Source of the DNA: Malacoraja senta
Lineage: Eukaryota
Length of the DNA stretch: 62,429 nt
Direction of reading: 5' to 3'
Assembly: GCA_038087875.1 (NCBI GenBank)
Contig: JAXLNO010000655.1
Location: 558,001 to 620,429, forward strand
Of this stretch, positions 36,241 through 49,932 are shown piece by piece (positions within the stretch are counted from its first letter, which is position 1; every line of letters starts with the position of its first letter). A program made the position numbers and the translations under genes. Below the pieces are notes generated by a model. It was given only the letters and a program-made list of their open reading frames with translations. It had not been told where the DNA came from and ran no database searches.

Positions 36241-36699
36241 ATAACTTAAAGTGTGTGAAGGTGCACGTTCCACTGGCATGTATGGCACATGTGGTTGCCT
36301 ATGTATATCTCTGGTACATCAGTCGGAAGAAAGATCTCGACCCCAAACGCCATCTATTATTTTACTCCAGAGATGCTGCCTGATCCGCTGAGTTACTCCA
36401 GCATTCTGCGTCTATCGTCTGGTACATGTACAGTATGTGGCTGTTATGTGAGCGTGCATGGATGGACTAGGCTTTTTTGCAGATTAGCATTGCCAGTAAG
36501 CTTAGCAAATACAAATTAATTTACATTTATCAACAATGTTTTTCCCATCAATATACCTCCCTCTTCTCTTTTGATTTTTTGACCAATCTGCTTAATAAAA
36601 TAATAAATAAATAGTATAAAATTAATGCATGTTAAAAAATTGAAACTCTTTTCTTGTATTTTTTAGTGGTGCTGGTACGTCACAAGTAAAGTATGTTCT

Positions 36700-37175
<476 letters not shown>

Positions 37176-37611
37176 TCTCTGTCTACGTTACAGACCGGAG
37201 AAGTATTGGTCAATCTCTCTGAGATTTACTAGAGTTGTTACTTTATTTCCCTCAGCTCATAAACAGTGATGGATGTATTTAATTTGTTTGTTGTTTAATT
37301 TTCATCCACATCTCTTGGATTTGCCAATTTCATAGCCACTAAACGAGGAACAATAGGAAAGATAATGTTATTTCCAGTTACCATGGATGCGAAAGTTGGG
37401 GAAAATGGTAAAAGATTAACTTATAGAAAAATGGATAGCATCTTTGTGAAGTTGACATTTCCTTGCAGTCAAACTTCCAAACAAACATCCACTGCTTTTC
37501 TTTCTTTATCGTTTCAAAAGAAAATGTGTTGGATTAGACTCTGGGCATTAACTAAGTGCAGGGTGATACAGCCAAGAAGGGAGACACAAAATGCTGGAGT
37601 AACTCAGCAGG

Positions 37612-37933
37612 ACAGCATGATGGCACAGCGGTAGAGTTGCTGCCTTACAGCGCTTGCAGCGCCAGAGACCCGGGTTTGATCCCGACTGCAGGTGGTGGCT
37701 GTACGGAGTTTGTACGTTCTACCCGTGACCGCGTGGCTTGTCTCCGAGATCTTTGGTTTCCTCCCACATTCCAAAGACGTAGAGGTTTGTAGGTTAATTG
37801 GCTTTGTGTAAAAATGTAAATTGTCCCTGGTACGTGCAGGATAATGTTAATATACAGGGATCGCTGGTCGGCGTGGATTCGCTGGACCGAAGGGTCTGCT
37901 TCCCTGCTGTATCTCTAAATTAAACTAAACTAA
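37612..37933 (+). mobile_element. HE1-like V-SINE inserted in a PLE 3'-end copy
   Basis: Full-length copy flanked by split PLE-derived sequence. Confidence 0.85.
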
Positions 37934-38309
37934 AAAGGGAGGCAGCATCTCTGGAGAGAAGGAATGGGTAACGTTTTGGGAGAAGGGTCTCGACCCGAAA
38001 CGTCACCCATTCCTTCTCTCCAGAGATGCTGCCTGTCCCGCCGAGTTACTCCAGCATTTTGAGTCTACCTTCGATTTAAACCAACATCTGCCTTTCTTTC
38101 CAAAACAACCAAGAAGGGTCTTGACCCGAAATGTCACCTATCCATGTTCTCGAGATGCCTCCTCACCTGCTGAGTTACTCCAGCACTTTGTGTTCTTTTC
38201 TGTATTAATAAGCATCCGCAGTTCCTTGTTTTTATTACCAGGTAATGACGACTTCCAACAAGAGAGGGTCTATCCATCTATCCTTGTATTCAATGGCAAG
38301 ATCAATGGG

Positions 38310-38822
38310 TGGTCAGAAGGCTTTTGGCACATTGGCCTTCATCAGTCAAGGTATTGAGTATAGAAGTTGGAAGGTAATGTTGCAGTTGTATAAGATGTTG
38401 CTGAGGTCGCATTTAGGGTATTGTGTTCAGTTCTGGGCACCGTGTTACGGGGAAGATGTTGTCGTTGGAAAGGGTACAGAGAAGATTTACGAGGATGTTG
38501 CCAGGACTCGAGGGTCTGGGCTATAGGGAGAGGTTGAGCAGGCTGGGAGCGCAGGAGGATGAGGGGTGATCTTAGGGAGGTGTATAAAATCACGGGAGGT
38601 ATAGATCGGGTAGACGCAGGGAGTCTCTTGCCCAGAACAGGGGAATCGAGAACCAGAGGACATAGGTTCAAGGTGAGGAGAGAAAGATTTAATAGGAATC
38701 CGAGGGGTATATTTTTCATACAAAGAGTGATGAGTGGATGGAACGAGCTGCCAGATGCGGTAGTTGAGGCAGGGACTATTACAATGTTTAAGAAACAATT
38801 AGACAGGTACATGGATAGGTAT
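38310..38822 (+). mobile_element. CR1 3' fragment
   Basis: KAFGTLAFISQGIEYRS..MRGDLREVYKI..FFIQRVMSGWNELP. Confidence 0.88.
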
Positions 38823-40886
38823 AGGTTTCTCTGTTGCGGGTTTGTTAAGCTGCAGCAAGTAAGAACGTCGCAGTTCTGTACAACGTACCAGTAGTACTTG
38901 TGTATGGCCTCATTGTACTCATGTACAGATCATAAGATCATAAGTGATAGTAGAATAAGACCATTCAGCCCATCAAGTCTAGTCCGCCATTCAATCGTGG
39001 CTGATCTATCTCTGCCTGCTAACCCCATTCTCCTGCCTTCTCCCCATAACCTCTGACACCTGTACCAATCAAGAATCTATCTATCTCTGCCTTAAATATA
39101 TCCATTGACTCGGCCTCCACAGCCCTCTGTGGCAATGATTTGATGGGATAGCATGCAAACAAAGCTTTTTGCTGTACCTTGGGTACGTGCCAACTTTAAA
39201 CCAATGCCACTACCAATACCAATACTAATCTCTCCCATCAGCAAGGATAAGGTCAGAGGCTCGCAAGAACACCGTCACATCATTCGAGTCCAGACGAAGG
39301 TCCTGACTCGAGACGCTGTCTGTCCATTTCCCTCCCAGACACTGCTCGACCCACTACTACTATGTACCACTCTGTTCTACTGCTGTACACTTGTACTGTA
39401 TCTGAGTTGCTTATCTAAGACGTATCTAAGTGGTTATGTACAGTGATACTTGCACTGAGCTGTATAGAACAATAAATGCCACTGCACCTCGGTGCAGATG
39501 ACAAGTAAAGTACCATAGCACTGATCTCCTTGTTGGTCGCTCCAGATTCTGGTCTCTTGTGTTTCCAGAACACCATGACCTGTGAATTTACCCCCCTCTC
39601 CGATTGCGGGGAGGTATCATTGCTGCGTCTAAATCCTGGAACTCCCCCCCCCCCCTTCATCAGAAGGACTGCAGCAGTTCGAGGAGAGGTTTAGCGGTCG
39701 GAAATGAGCAATCAATGTTGGCCTTGCCACTGACACCCATCAGACAGAAAACCGAATTTAAGAACAACTTATTAAAATGCTTGGGGCAACACGCAATACT
39801 CAGATTCCAAGGTGGATCGGTATATAACATCTCCTTGAATAATTAATGTTCTATCTTGCTTGTCACCAGTGGCTCCCTACTGATATTTAAGATCTAATGA
39901 GGCCACAATTAAAATCAGGCATTCTGTCCTTTTCCTTACTTTTGGTGCTGAGGTGTCTTATTAAGGAGTGCTATCAGTTTAATGAGTTCAGCAGCACTTG
40001 CTGGCAATTATTTTCTCTGAAGTTGCAACCGCTACAGCATCACGCCAAATGTCAGGGCTTGTTGTTGCCTGCCTTGCGGTAACCTTTTGATATTTTCTTA
40101 AAAGGTTCCTTGCGCTTCTTTGAGAAAATACTACAGTGCCTCACACCACTCTCTCACACAAAGGGCGTTTGGGTGTCGGAGGATGCAGGGACTATCACAA
40201 CTTTTTAAGGAACTTTTGGACAGGTACATGGATAGGACAGGGTTTTAGAGGGATATGGGCCAAGTATTTCTCCTCAAAGGGGTGAGAAGCAGAGTCTCTG
40301 AATATCGTTAGGAAGTGGATGGATTCTTGCGAATCAAGAGTTCTCATGACTCAAGAGTCATAACAGAACAATGAAAATCTTGCAGCATATCAGGCCTGTA
40401 AACACAATACACATAGATAATATATCATTAATAAATCAATAAATTAATCATCTTTATACTGGTGCAAAATAGCTGGAAGTCCTTGGTGTAACCAAAGGAG
40501 GTCTGTAGACAAAAAATGCTGGAGAAACTCAGCGGGTGCGGCAGCATCTATGGAGCGAAGGAAATAGGCAACGCTTCGAGTCAAGACCCTTCTTCAGACA
40601 CTGTAGTTCATAGTTGAGATTAGTGTTGTTCAGAGCTCAAGATTTGAATGGTTGTTGGGAAGAAGCTACTCTTGAACCTGACGGTCACAGTGTTCACATT
40701 CCTAATGGTAGGAGTGAAGTGAGAGCGTGTAAAGGGTGATGCTGGGTGCCTTTTTGAGACAACATCTCCTGCAGACTATTTCAGTGGTGGGGAACCCGTG
40801 CACCCATGGTGGACTAGGCAGGGTCTACCACTCTCTGTAATCTCCTTGGTTCCTGGGCATTTGAGTTGCCGAACCAGGCCGTGGTT

Positions 40887-41393
40887 CATAGAAACATAGA
40901 AAATAGGTGCAGGAGTAGGCCATTCGGCCCTTCGAGCCTGCACCGCCATTCAATATGATCATGGCTGATCATCCAACTCAGTATCCCGTACCTGCCTTCT
41001 CTCCATACCCCCTGATCCCTTTAGCCACAAGGGCCACATCTAACTCCCTCTTAAATATAGCCAATGAACTGGCCTCAACTACCCTCTGTGGCAGAGAGTT
41101 CCAGAGATTCACCACTCTCTGTGTGAAAAGGTTTTTCCTCATCTCGGTCTTAAAGGATTTCCCCCTTATCCTTAAGCTGTGACCCCTTGTCCTGGACTTC
41201 CCCAACATCGGGAACAATCTTCCTGCATCTAGCCTGTCCAACCCCATAAGAATTTTGTACGTTTCTATAAGATCCCCTCTCAATCTCCTAAATTCTAGCG
41301 AGTATAAGCCAAGTCTATCCAGTCTTTCTTCATATGAAAGTCCTGACATCCCAGGAATCAGTCTGGTGAACCTTCTCTGCACTCCCTCTATGG
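40887..41393 (-). mobile_element. CR1 3' fragment, same young subfamily as 31154-33420
   Basis: Nearly identical translation and 3'UTR; followed by (GGCTATAT)n. Confidence 0.93.
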
Positions 41394-41477
41394 CTATATG
41401 GCTATATGGCTATATGGCTACTCTTCAACCGGAGAGTAGGCAGGATTTGAGATTACGATCAGATCAGCCATGATTTT

Positions 41478-41820
41478 AGGGTGGCCCAGTGGTGTAGAGG
41501 TAGAGCTACAGCCTTACAGCACCAGAGACCCGGGTTCAATCCTGACCACGGGTACTTGACTGTACAGAGTTTGGAAAACCCACGCAAGTCACGTTCTTCC
41601 CCGTGACCTGCGTGGGTTTTCTCCGAGAACTTCGGTATCCTCCCGCACTCCAAAGGCGTACAGATTTCTAGATTAATTTGCTTGGTATAAATGTTAATTT
41701 GTCCCTAGTGTGTGTGTGTGGGGTGGTGTTATTGTGCGGAGATCGCTAGTCGGCACGGATTCGGTGGGCCGAAGGACCTGTTTCCACGCTGTATCTCTAA
41801 ACTAAACTAAAAAAACTAAA
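41478..41820 (+). mobile_element. HE1-like V-SINE
   Basis: Full-length copy. Confidence 0.82.
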
Positions 41821-43214
41821 CGGCAGAACAGTCTCGAGAGGCTCAGAGGTCTACCGTTCCTGCGATCTTGTCATTCTGCTTACGTTTACATGTAGCATTG
41901 CAAAGTAATCAAGGCTGCCATTTGACCATCGGTTTCCCCAGTTGCCTCAGTAACTGGATGCTGCCGGTAAGGAAGCGAAGTTGACCCCGGAATCTGCCCT
42001 CACGCATCACGAGTCCACCTGAGTCCCGAGGGCCGGCATCATTGAACACTTCAGGCGGTTGTCACAGCGACGGGTCTCAGTCCCGTCCTATTCACCACTC
42101 GAGAAGTTTCAGAAATCTCTGCAAACAAAGCAGAATACTGGTGTTTGCACTGGAGAGATGAAATGGCCCTGCCATTGTCTGACACACAAAATGAGATGCG
42201 CTCTTAAATAGCCGACTGAACAAGGCATTCTTTGCCACAAAGCTGGCGAGAATATCAGTAGATAGACACAAAAAGCCGGAGTAACTCAGCAGGACAGGCA
42301 GCATCTCTGCAGAGAAGGAATGGGTGACGTTTTGGGTCGAGACCCTTCTCCAGACATTCAGATATTCAGAGAATATCAGTACCGCAGGATTAAGAATTAA
42401 TTAGATTTTCTGTGCTTCTTTGAAATCTAATTGTAATTTTATTTGCGCCGTTTTATGGCCCATTGGGCTGAGAACGTTCTAACAGCAAATTAACAGGGAT
42501 TATAAGGGAACACTGTTTCTACAACTCTATGTGGAATTAGATAGGCTAAACTTCACCAGTTAGAAATGATATATTGTTGGCCACCAATCTTAAAAAATTT
42601 GTCATGAAAATATTAATCTCCTAGAAAAAATGGCAGCATGGCAGTCATGTTACTCCACTAGTAATCCATAATCCAGAGTCGTGTGTTCAAATCCCATCAT
42701 GGAAAAGGGGATAGCCTGAAATTGAATTGAGTTTAGTTTAGAGATACAGCGTGGTAACAGGTCCTTCGGCCCACGGAGTCCACACCCACCATCTGCAACT
42801 GTGGTGTATCTGTGGAATTCATCGCAACAGAAGGCCGTGGAGGCCATCCATCAATGGATATTTTTAAGGCGGATTGATAGATTCTTGATTAGTGTGGGTG
42901 TCAAGGGTTACGGGGAGAAGGCAGGAGAATGGGATTGAGAGGGAAAGATAGATCAGCCATGATTGAATGGTGGAGTAGAATTGATGGGCCGAATGACCTA
43001 CTACTTATGAACTTATGAACCATGGATCACCCTCTCAGTGATGAGAGGGGCAAAGTTTAAAGGAAATGTGCGGGGCATTTTTTTTCACGCAGAGGGCGGT
43101 GAGTTCCTGGAACCCACTGCCAAGGGTGGTGGTAGAGGCGGATACAACAATGGCATTTAAGTGACTTTTGGATAGGCACTTGGATATGCAGGGAATGGAG
43201 GGATATAGATTCTG

Positions 43215-43690
43215 TGGTTCGCGGAGCTCCCAACGCGGGCGGCGCTGACCAACATTGCGGAGTCCTGCGACCCTTTGCCGGGGGCCGCCAGCGTGGGTCT
43301 CCGCCCGGCTCGGCCTGTGGACTTCGGGAGCCGCGGACTCCGGTGGGAGGTGGCTGATCTGGAGGTCCGGGCCGCTGAGGATGTTCTCCGCCTGGGTTCG
43401 GCGTCGGGGTTCCATCGTTCCCGGCGAGAGGGCCTGAGCATCGGGCCGCCCGTGGCGGCGACGGCGGGTGCTCGGGAGGCCCCGACCACGAGTGAACATC
43501 TGGGAAGATCGTCGGGGAGGCTGGCTGGACTATGGTACCTTCCTTAACTTTGGTGCCGCTGTGGGGTTGTGTTGTGTCGTGGACTTCTGTGTTTGTGCTT
43601 TTTTAATTTTTATTTTACATGACTAAGGAAAATCCATTTCGTTGTCTCTTATGAGATAATGACAATAAATTGAATCCAATCCAATCCAAT
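43215..43690 (+). mobile_element. GC-rich non-coding retroposon with Rex-type 3' tail
   Basis: Ends ATTTCGTTG..AATGACAATAAA then (ATCCA)n, matching the Rex 3'UTR at 5480-5540; interrupts a CR1 3'UTR. Confidence 0.6.
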
Positions 43691-44251
43691 GTGCAGGCAG
43701 CAGTGAGTCTCGGCACTACATTCAGCACAGACATTGTGGGCCGAAGGGCCTGTTCCTGTGCCTCACTGTTCTATGGTCTTTGTTTTATGTTCTAAAGTGA
43801 GGTTCAAGTTCAGATGAGTGTGTATTTAAAATACAATAGCAGAGGTGAAGATAATAAAAAATGCACCTAACCTGCATCATTTTTTTGCAAAGAAAATCAT
43901 TACCCTTACTTTATGGTGCTAGTCTCTCCAAAGCCCACTAGTGCTGCTATCTTGCCAGAAGCACCCACAAATTAAGTAAATGACTTCTGTTGCAAAAGGT
44001 GCAGATAGATGTTGATGACTGGGCATTTTTTGAATCGTCACTGAAACAATGTTTTTTTTAATCCATACTAATTTGAATTTAAACTATCGGTTTCTGTGGT
44101 GGAAATTTACCTCCCATCTCTGGATTGTCGATCACTGGTTGGATAACATAATTGCTACCTCCTCCTTAGGTGACACATATTTTCATGACAAATGAGTGAA
44201 ATTGATGGTCAACGATATGTCACAACCTTGCGAAGTCTGGCCTCTCTTGAC

Positions 44252-44562
44252 TTTAGACATAACTTTAGACTTTAGAGAAACAGCGTAGAAACAGGCCCTT
44301 CAGCGCACCTTGTCTGTGCCAGCCAGCGATCACCCCGTACACTAGCACTATCCTACACACTCGGGACAAATTACAATTTTACAGAAGCCAATTAACCTAC
44401 AAAGCTGCACGTCTGTCTTTGGAATGTGGGAGGAAACCGGAGCACCCGGTGAAAACCCTTGGTCAACGTACAATTCCGTTTGTCAGGTCCCATAATCAGG
44501 ATCGAACCGGTGCCTGTGGCCCTGTAAGGCAGCAACTCTACCGCTGCGACACCGTGCCACCC
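44252..44562 (-). mobile_element. HE1-like V-SINE
   Basis: Full-length copy. Confidence 0.85.
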
Positions 44563-44649
44563 TAAATACATTCTAATTCCATATAGAGTACCAATTAATA
44601 GTGGTAAGTCTGCTACATTTGCCAAAGATGGGCTACAGTCGGGGCTTTT

Positions 44650-44950
44650 GGGTCGGCATGGCGGTGCAGCAGTAGAGTTGCTGCCTTACTGCGCCAGAGA
44701 TCTGAGTTCGATCCTGAGTGCGGGTGCTGCCTGTACTGAGTTTGTACATTCTTCCCGTGATCAGGTGGGTTTCCTCCTGGTGCTCCGGTTTCCTCCTATA
44801 TCCTAAAGACGTACATGTTTGTAGGTTAATTGGCCCATGTACATTCTCCCTAGCGTGTGGGATAGTGCTGGTGAATGGGGTGATCGCTGGTTGGCACAGA
44901 CTCCGTGGACCGAAGGGACTGTTTCCACGTTGTCCCTCTGAGCTAAACTA
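44650..44950 (+). mobile_element. HE1-like V-SINE
   Basis: Full-length copy. Confidence 0.85.
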
Positions 44951-45032
44951 AGCAAATGAAACTTCTCTGACTCATCTGAAAATGCCAGAGGAAGGAAGGT
45001 CGAAGGGTCAGCTATCGAACCCCAGCTCAGTA

Positions 45033-45340
45033 TTAGTTTAGTTTAGTTTAGTTGAAAGATGCAGCGCGGAAACAGGCCCTTCGGCCCACCGGGTCCGCGC
45101 CGACCAGCGATCCCCACATATTAACACTACCCTACACACACTAGGGACAATTTTACATTCATACCGAGCCAATTAACCTACATACCTGCACGTCTTTGGA
45201 GTGTGGGAGGAAACCCACGCGGGTCATGGGGAGAACGTACAAACTCCGTACAGACAGCACCCGTAGTCGGGATGGAACCCGGGTCTCAGGCGCTGCAAGT
45301 GCTGTAAGGCAGCAACTCTAATGCTGCTCCACCATGCCGC
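45033..45340 (-). mobile_element. HE1-like V-SINE
   Basis: Full-length copy. Confidence 0.87.
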
Positions 45341-45671
45341 TGAGCCGAGTTGTGCTGAGTTTGGGTTGCGTCTAGATGAATTGGTTCAGATCAGATCAGT
45401 TTGCAGACAGAACTACGGCTGAGCAAAATGTTGGGTTTTCCGGTGATATCGTCACTCTGCTGATTAATTTTCTTATAATAATACACACTGGGCTACAGAT
45501 TTCTTCTTTCATTAATGTGCTTTAAATACATAAATCCATATTTAACATCAGTAATCTTTGACATAGAGTTGCGATCATTTAAGCATCATTAGGTGATTCT
45601 AATCTTGCCTGCTAGGAAAGCTGTTCAATTTTAATTTATTTCTTTTTGATCTCAGTCCAGATTTCTTGATG

Positions 45672-45888
45672 TTTAAGAAGGAACTGCAGATGCTGGAAAA
45701 AAATCGAAGGTAGATAAAAATGCTGGAGAAACTCAGCGGGTGAGGCAGCATCTATGGAGCGAAGGAATAGGTGATTTTTCTGGTCGAGACCCTTCTTCAG
45801 ACGGTAGGGTCTCGACCCGAAATGTCACTTATTCCTTCGCTCCATAGATGCTGCCTCACCCGCTGAGTTCCTCCAGCATTTTTATCTA
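45672..45888. mobile_element. Fold-back PLE-derived mini-insertion
   Basis: Perfect 15-bp TSD CCAGATTTCTTGATG at 45657-45671 and 45889-45903; inverted arms meet at the hammerhead core. Confidence 0.88.
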
Positions 45889-46648
45889 CCAGATTTCTTG
45901 ATGATATTTTATGAGGATTTCATCCCAGGTTTACAAGGAAGACAGTTGGTACATCTTGCTGAAGTCCAGGGAAATGGAATGCTACGTTTAAGCATATTTA
46001 ACAGACACAAAATGACATGTAATTTTTAATTGGAAGCTGAGGTGCATTTTGAGTAGGACAGACACAAAATGCTGGAGTAACTCACTGGGTCAGTCAGCAT
46101 CTCTGGAGAAATGCAATAGGTAACGTTTCGGTTTGGAACCCTTCTTCAGACCTAAAATGTCACCTATTTCTTTTCTCCAGAGATGCTGTCTGATCTGCTG
46201 AGTTACTCCAGAACTTTGTGTCCAACTTTGGTATAAACCAGCATCTGCAGTTCCTTCCTGAGCAAATCTTGAGTCAATTCCCTATTAGGAATGGTTCCGT
46301 TTTGATGTATAAGGAGAGGCTGGACAAACTTGGATTGTTTTCTCTGGGAAGTCAAAGATTGAGGGAAGACCTGATAGAAGTTTATAAAATCATGAGAGGC
46401 ATCAACAGGGCAGACGGTCCAGCCCTTTGTCCGAGAGTGGAAATGTTGCAAGACTAGAGGGCATAGTTTTAAGGTGAGAGGGGGAAAGTTTAAACAAGAT
46501 ATGCCGGCTAAGATTTTTAAACAGAGTGCTGGGTGCCTGAAACACGCTGCCAAGTGTGGTGATAAAAGCAGATATGGCATTTTAGAGGATTTGTAATGGG
46601 CAGGGGAGTGATAGATATGGATTACATGCAGGCAGCAGAGATTAGTTT

Positions 46649-47555
46649 TTTTTAATTTTTTTTAATTTTTTTAAATTTTTATTTATTAGAAGTACATTAC
46701 ATTACAACCAATTACATGAGTACTCATCACGTATATCTTATTACAATTAATGTACTCCGTCATTTTTTACACTGATAAAAAGGAAAGGTTGAGATTAAGA
46801 AAAAAGAGAAAGTGAAGGAAAATAGTGAAGGTGTAAAAACGTGACAACAGGAAAGAACAGAGACCCTGTAGAAAAGAAATTAAAAAGAAAGGATTAAGAG
46901 ATAGACCCTAAAGAAGAAAAAACAAAGAGAAAGAGGAAAAAAGAGAAAAACAAATACTTTATTATAAGCATCACGCAAATGGGATATACCAACTCTCCAG
47001 CTTTCATCCCCCTTTACCTGACCTCAGGTTTTTTTAAAGTACTTTTGCACCCTATACTTGTAATAATTCTATAAATGCAGTCCACGTCAGGTGGAAGTGA
47101 TCTGGTTTACTTGCCAGGAGGAGTCTTATCTCTTCTAGGTGTAATGTTTCAAACATATTTGAAATCCACATGTTTATAGTTGGTATTGGAGCGTTTTTCC
47201 AGAATTTTAGGATTAACTTTTTTCCAGTTATTAACCCGTAATCTATTAATTTCTTTTGAAACACATTTAGTTCAGGACTATCTTCCGTTGTTCCGAAGAT
47301 AATCCATTCTACTTTTGGTATCAGTTTTATTTTATATAATTTTGTAAAGATTTCAAAAATTTCAATCCCAAATTTTTGAATTTTTGTACAAAAAACAAAT
47401 GAGTGCGCTATAGTAGCTTCTTGAGATTGACATTTATCACAAATGGATGATACATTTGGGAAAATTTTATTAATTTTAGTTTTGGAATAATATAATCTAT
47501 GTAAAATTTTAAATTGTATTAAAGTGTGTCTTACATTAATCGAACATTTATGCAC
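46649..47555 (-). mobile_element. 5'-truncated L1-clade LINE
   Basis: 167-aa ORF2 C-terminus (47052-47555) with CDKC..H....C; poly(T) at left; 34-bp TSD. Confidence 0.9.
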
Positions 47556-47649
47556 ATATGGATTACGTGCAGGCAGCGGAGATTAGTTTAACTTGGCATT
47601 AGGTTTGACTAGGAAATTGTGAGCTGATGGGCCTGTTTCTGTGCTGTAC

Positions 47650-47932
47650 TGTGGCACAGTGGCACAGCGGTAGATTTGCAGCCTTACAACGCTTACAGCG
47701 TCAGAGACCCAGGTTCGATCCCAACCATGGGTGTGTCTGTACGGAGTTTGTACATTTTCCCCGTGACCTGCATGGGTTTTCGTCGATATCTTTGGTTTCC
47801 TCCCACACTCCAAAGAAGTACAGGTTTGTAGGTTAATTGGCCTGGTATAAATGTAAATTGTCCCCAGTGTGTGTGGGATAGTGCTAGTGTACGGGGTGAT
47901 CACTGGTCGGTGTGGACTGGGTGGGCCGAAGG
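47650..47932 (+). mobile_element. HE1-like V-SINE
   Basis: Near full-length copy. Confidence 0.85.
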
Positions 47933-48078
47933 CAGGCACATGCCATTAGTAATTACTCAGGGTAGGCAGTCAGTCGGCTTATAAAAAATCTTAAACCGCG
48001 CATGCGCAGATTGTTCTCTCCGTAAGCTGTCAGTCGACTTTTATAGAGTCTTCGAAAGCCAAATCTCTTAATAAAGTA

Positions 48079-48140
48079 CCGTATTTCCCGGGAATGAAAA
48101 CGCACCCCCATTTTGAGTTGCTAAATTTTGAAAGAAGGCC
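48079..48140 (+). mobile_element. Solo Tc1/mariner (Tc2/pogo-like) transposon end
   Basis: TA followed by CCGTATTTCCCGG..AAAACGCACC; no partner end seen. Confidence 0.4.
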
Positions 48141-49208
48141 GGTGGGACATAGAATTTCTCACGCTCAAAAAAATAAAGAAAGCAATTTGCACAAGGCTTC
48201 CAAATCTCCTTCATTCTGAATTACTGAATGGGTGTGGGGTGGAGGGTGATGACAGGTGGAGAGATGGTGGGAAAAACGGGAGCACACCGGGACAAGTTGA
48301 ATTAGTTGTGATCTTATTGAATGACAATACTTGTTCAAGGGACCAATTGGGGGGGAAGAGTTCCTTTCACAGCGCGTGGGGCGTCTGTGCCAGGGGTAAA
48401 GTTGCGGGGAGGGCAGGAGCGTTGATCTAAAAGTCTCCTAAACCTGTTGGATCAATGGCAGGAAGGAACTGCAGGTCCTGGCTTACACCGAAGATAGCAG
48501 AAGGGTCTCCACCCAAAACATCACCCCATTCCTTCTCTCCAGAGGTGCTGCCTGTCCCGCTGAGTTACTCCAGCAATTTGTGTCTATCTTGGGCTTGTGA
48601 TGAATGTTGGTTACTATCTTGTGCCCTGAGGAAAAGCAATGGGAAGAGTTGGAGATGAAGCAGTTGAGATGGAAAGCAGATAATCAGCAGCAAAGGCAAT
48701 GATTTTTGTTTCAATTCTGTGCGAGTGCAGGAAGCAGCACTAATAGAGTCTTCAATAAATCATCATCTAGTATGATGTGACATCAACCACCAGGATATGA
48801 CTGGGATGAGAGACTTTACAGACTGGGGAAGCTGCAATTAGAGAAGAAAATGCATGCATTCTAAATAATGAGGTTTTTTGTTTGTTAAACAGCCCTTGCA
48901 ACGTGATAAAAAATGCCCTTGAGGTATTTTCATCATGTTGAAGTTGCTAGTTAAATGGAAGGGTTTTCTTGTTTGAATAAGTAAGGAGAATATGATTTAT
49001 TCTAAGTGAATATGCAGATGTCGTAGATTTAAAACTATTGCCAATAAAAGGAGGAAAGTGGGAAGAAATATTTTTCACTTTGAAGGTGGTTATGATCTAG
49101 GACATGGCCTGAACAGATGCGGCAAGCAAATTGCATGGGAGTTTTTTTTATAGTGGCTATTGTGAATTGCCGTAGTCTACAGGGCTATGGAGAAATTGGA
49201 GGGAAACG

Positions 49209-49496
49209 GTTTAGTTTAGAGATGCTGCGCAGAAACAGGCCCTTCGGCCCACTGGGTCCATGCCGACCAGCGATCCCCACATATTAACACTATCCTACAA
49301 ACACTCTGGGGCAATTCTTACATTTACCAAGCCAATTTACCTACATACCCAAGCGTGGGAGGAAACCGAAGATCTCGGAGAAAATCCGCGCAGGTCACGG
49401 GGAGAACGTACAAACTCCATACAGACAGACAGACACCCGGGTCTCTGGCGCTGCAAGCGCTGTAAGGCAGCAACTCTACCGCTGCGCCACCGTGCC
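49209..49496 (-). mobile_element. HE1-like V-SINE
   Basis: Near full-length copy. Confidence 0.83.
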
Positions 49497-49504
49497 ATTC
49501 TCAT

Positions 49505-49932
49505 GAGGATCCCTCTCCTGCATCAGAAGCAGGCAGATGCCTCCCGGCAGGCCGCAGAGAACCGGAGGCCGGAGACTTGCGGGTTGGAGCCCGCGGCCGA
49601 CGGTGTCGACGGAGCCCACGGCTGGGGCCGGGGTCGGCGCCACGAAGGCGTCCAGAGAGGACCTGGCGGCGATTGTGGAGAGGTCGGTGCGGCGGACGAG
49701 GACAGAACAAGTGGGAGTGAGGACGCCGCTGCCAGGGGAAAGAAATAAAAGAGGACCCGGTATGGGGGGACCAACATGAGGGAGGGGGAGGGGAGGGGAG
49801 GGGAGCGGGGGGAGAACAAAGGGGACCTGGCACGGGTACTTTGTAACTTTTAAAAGCGCCCTTTATGTGGCATGCCTTGGGCAAACAAAGATTTCACTGT
49901 GACTTGTCAATAAAGCATCAATTAATTAATTA
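49505..49932 (+). mobile_element. GC-rich non-coding retroposon with Rex-like tail
   Basis: CpG-rich body ending GATTTCACTGTG..TGTCAATAAAG(ATTA)n. Confidence 0.45.
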
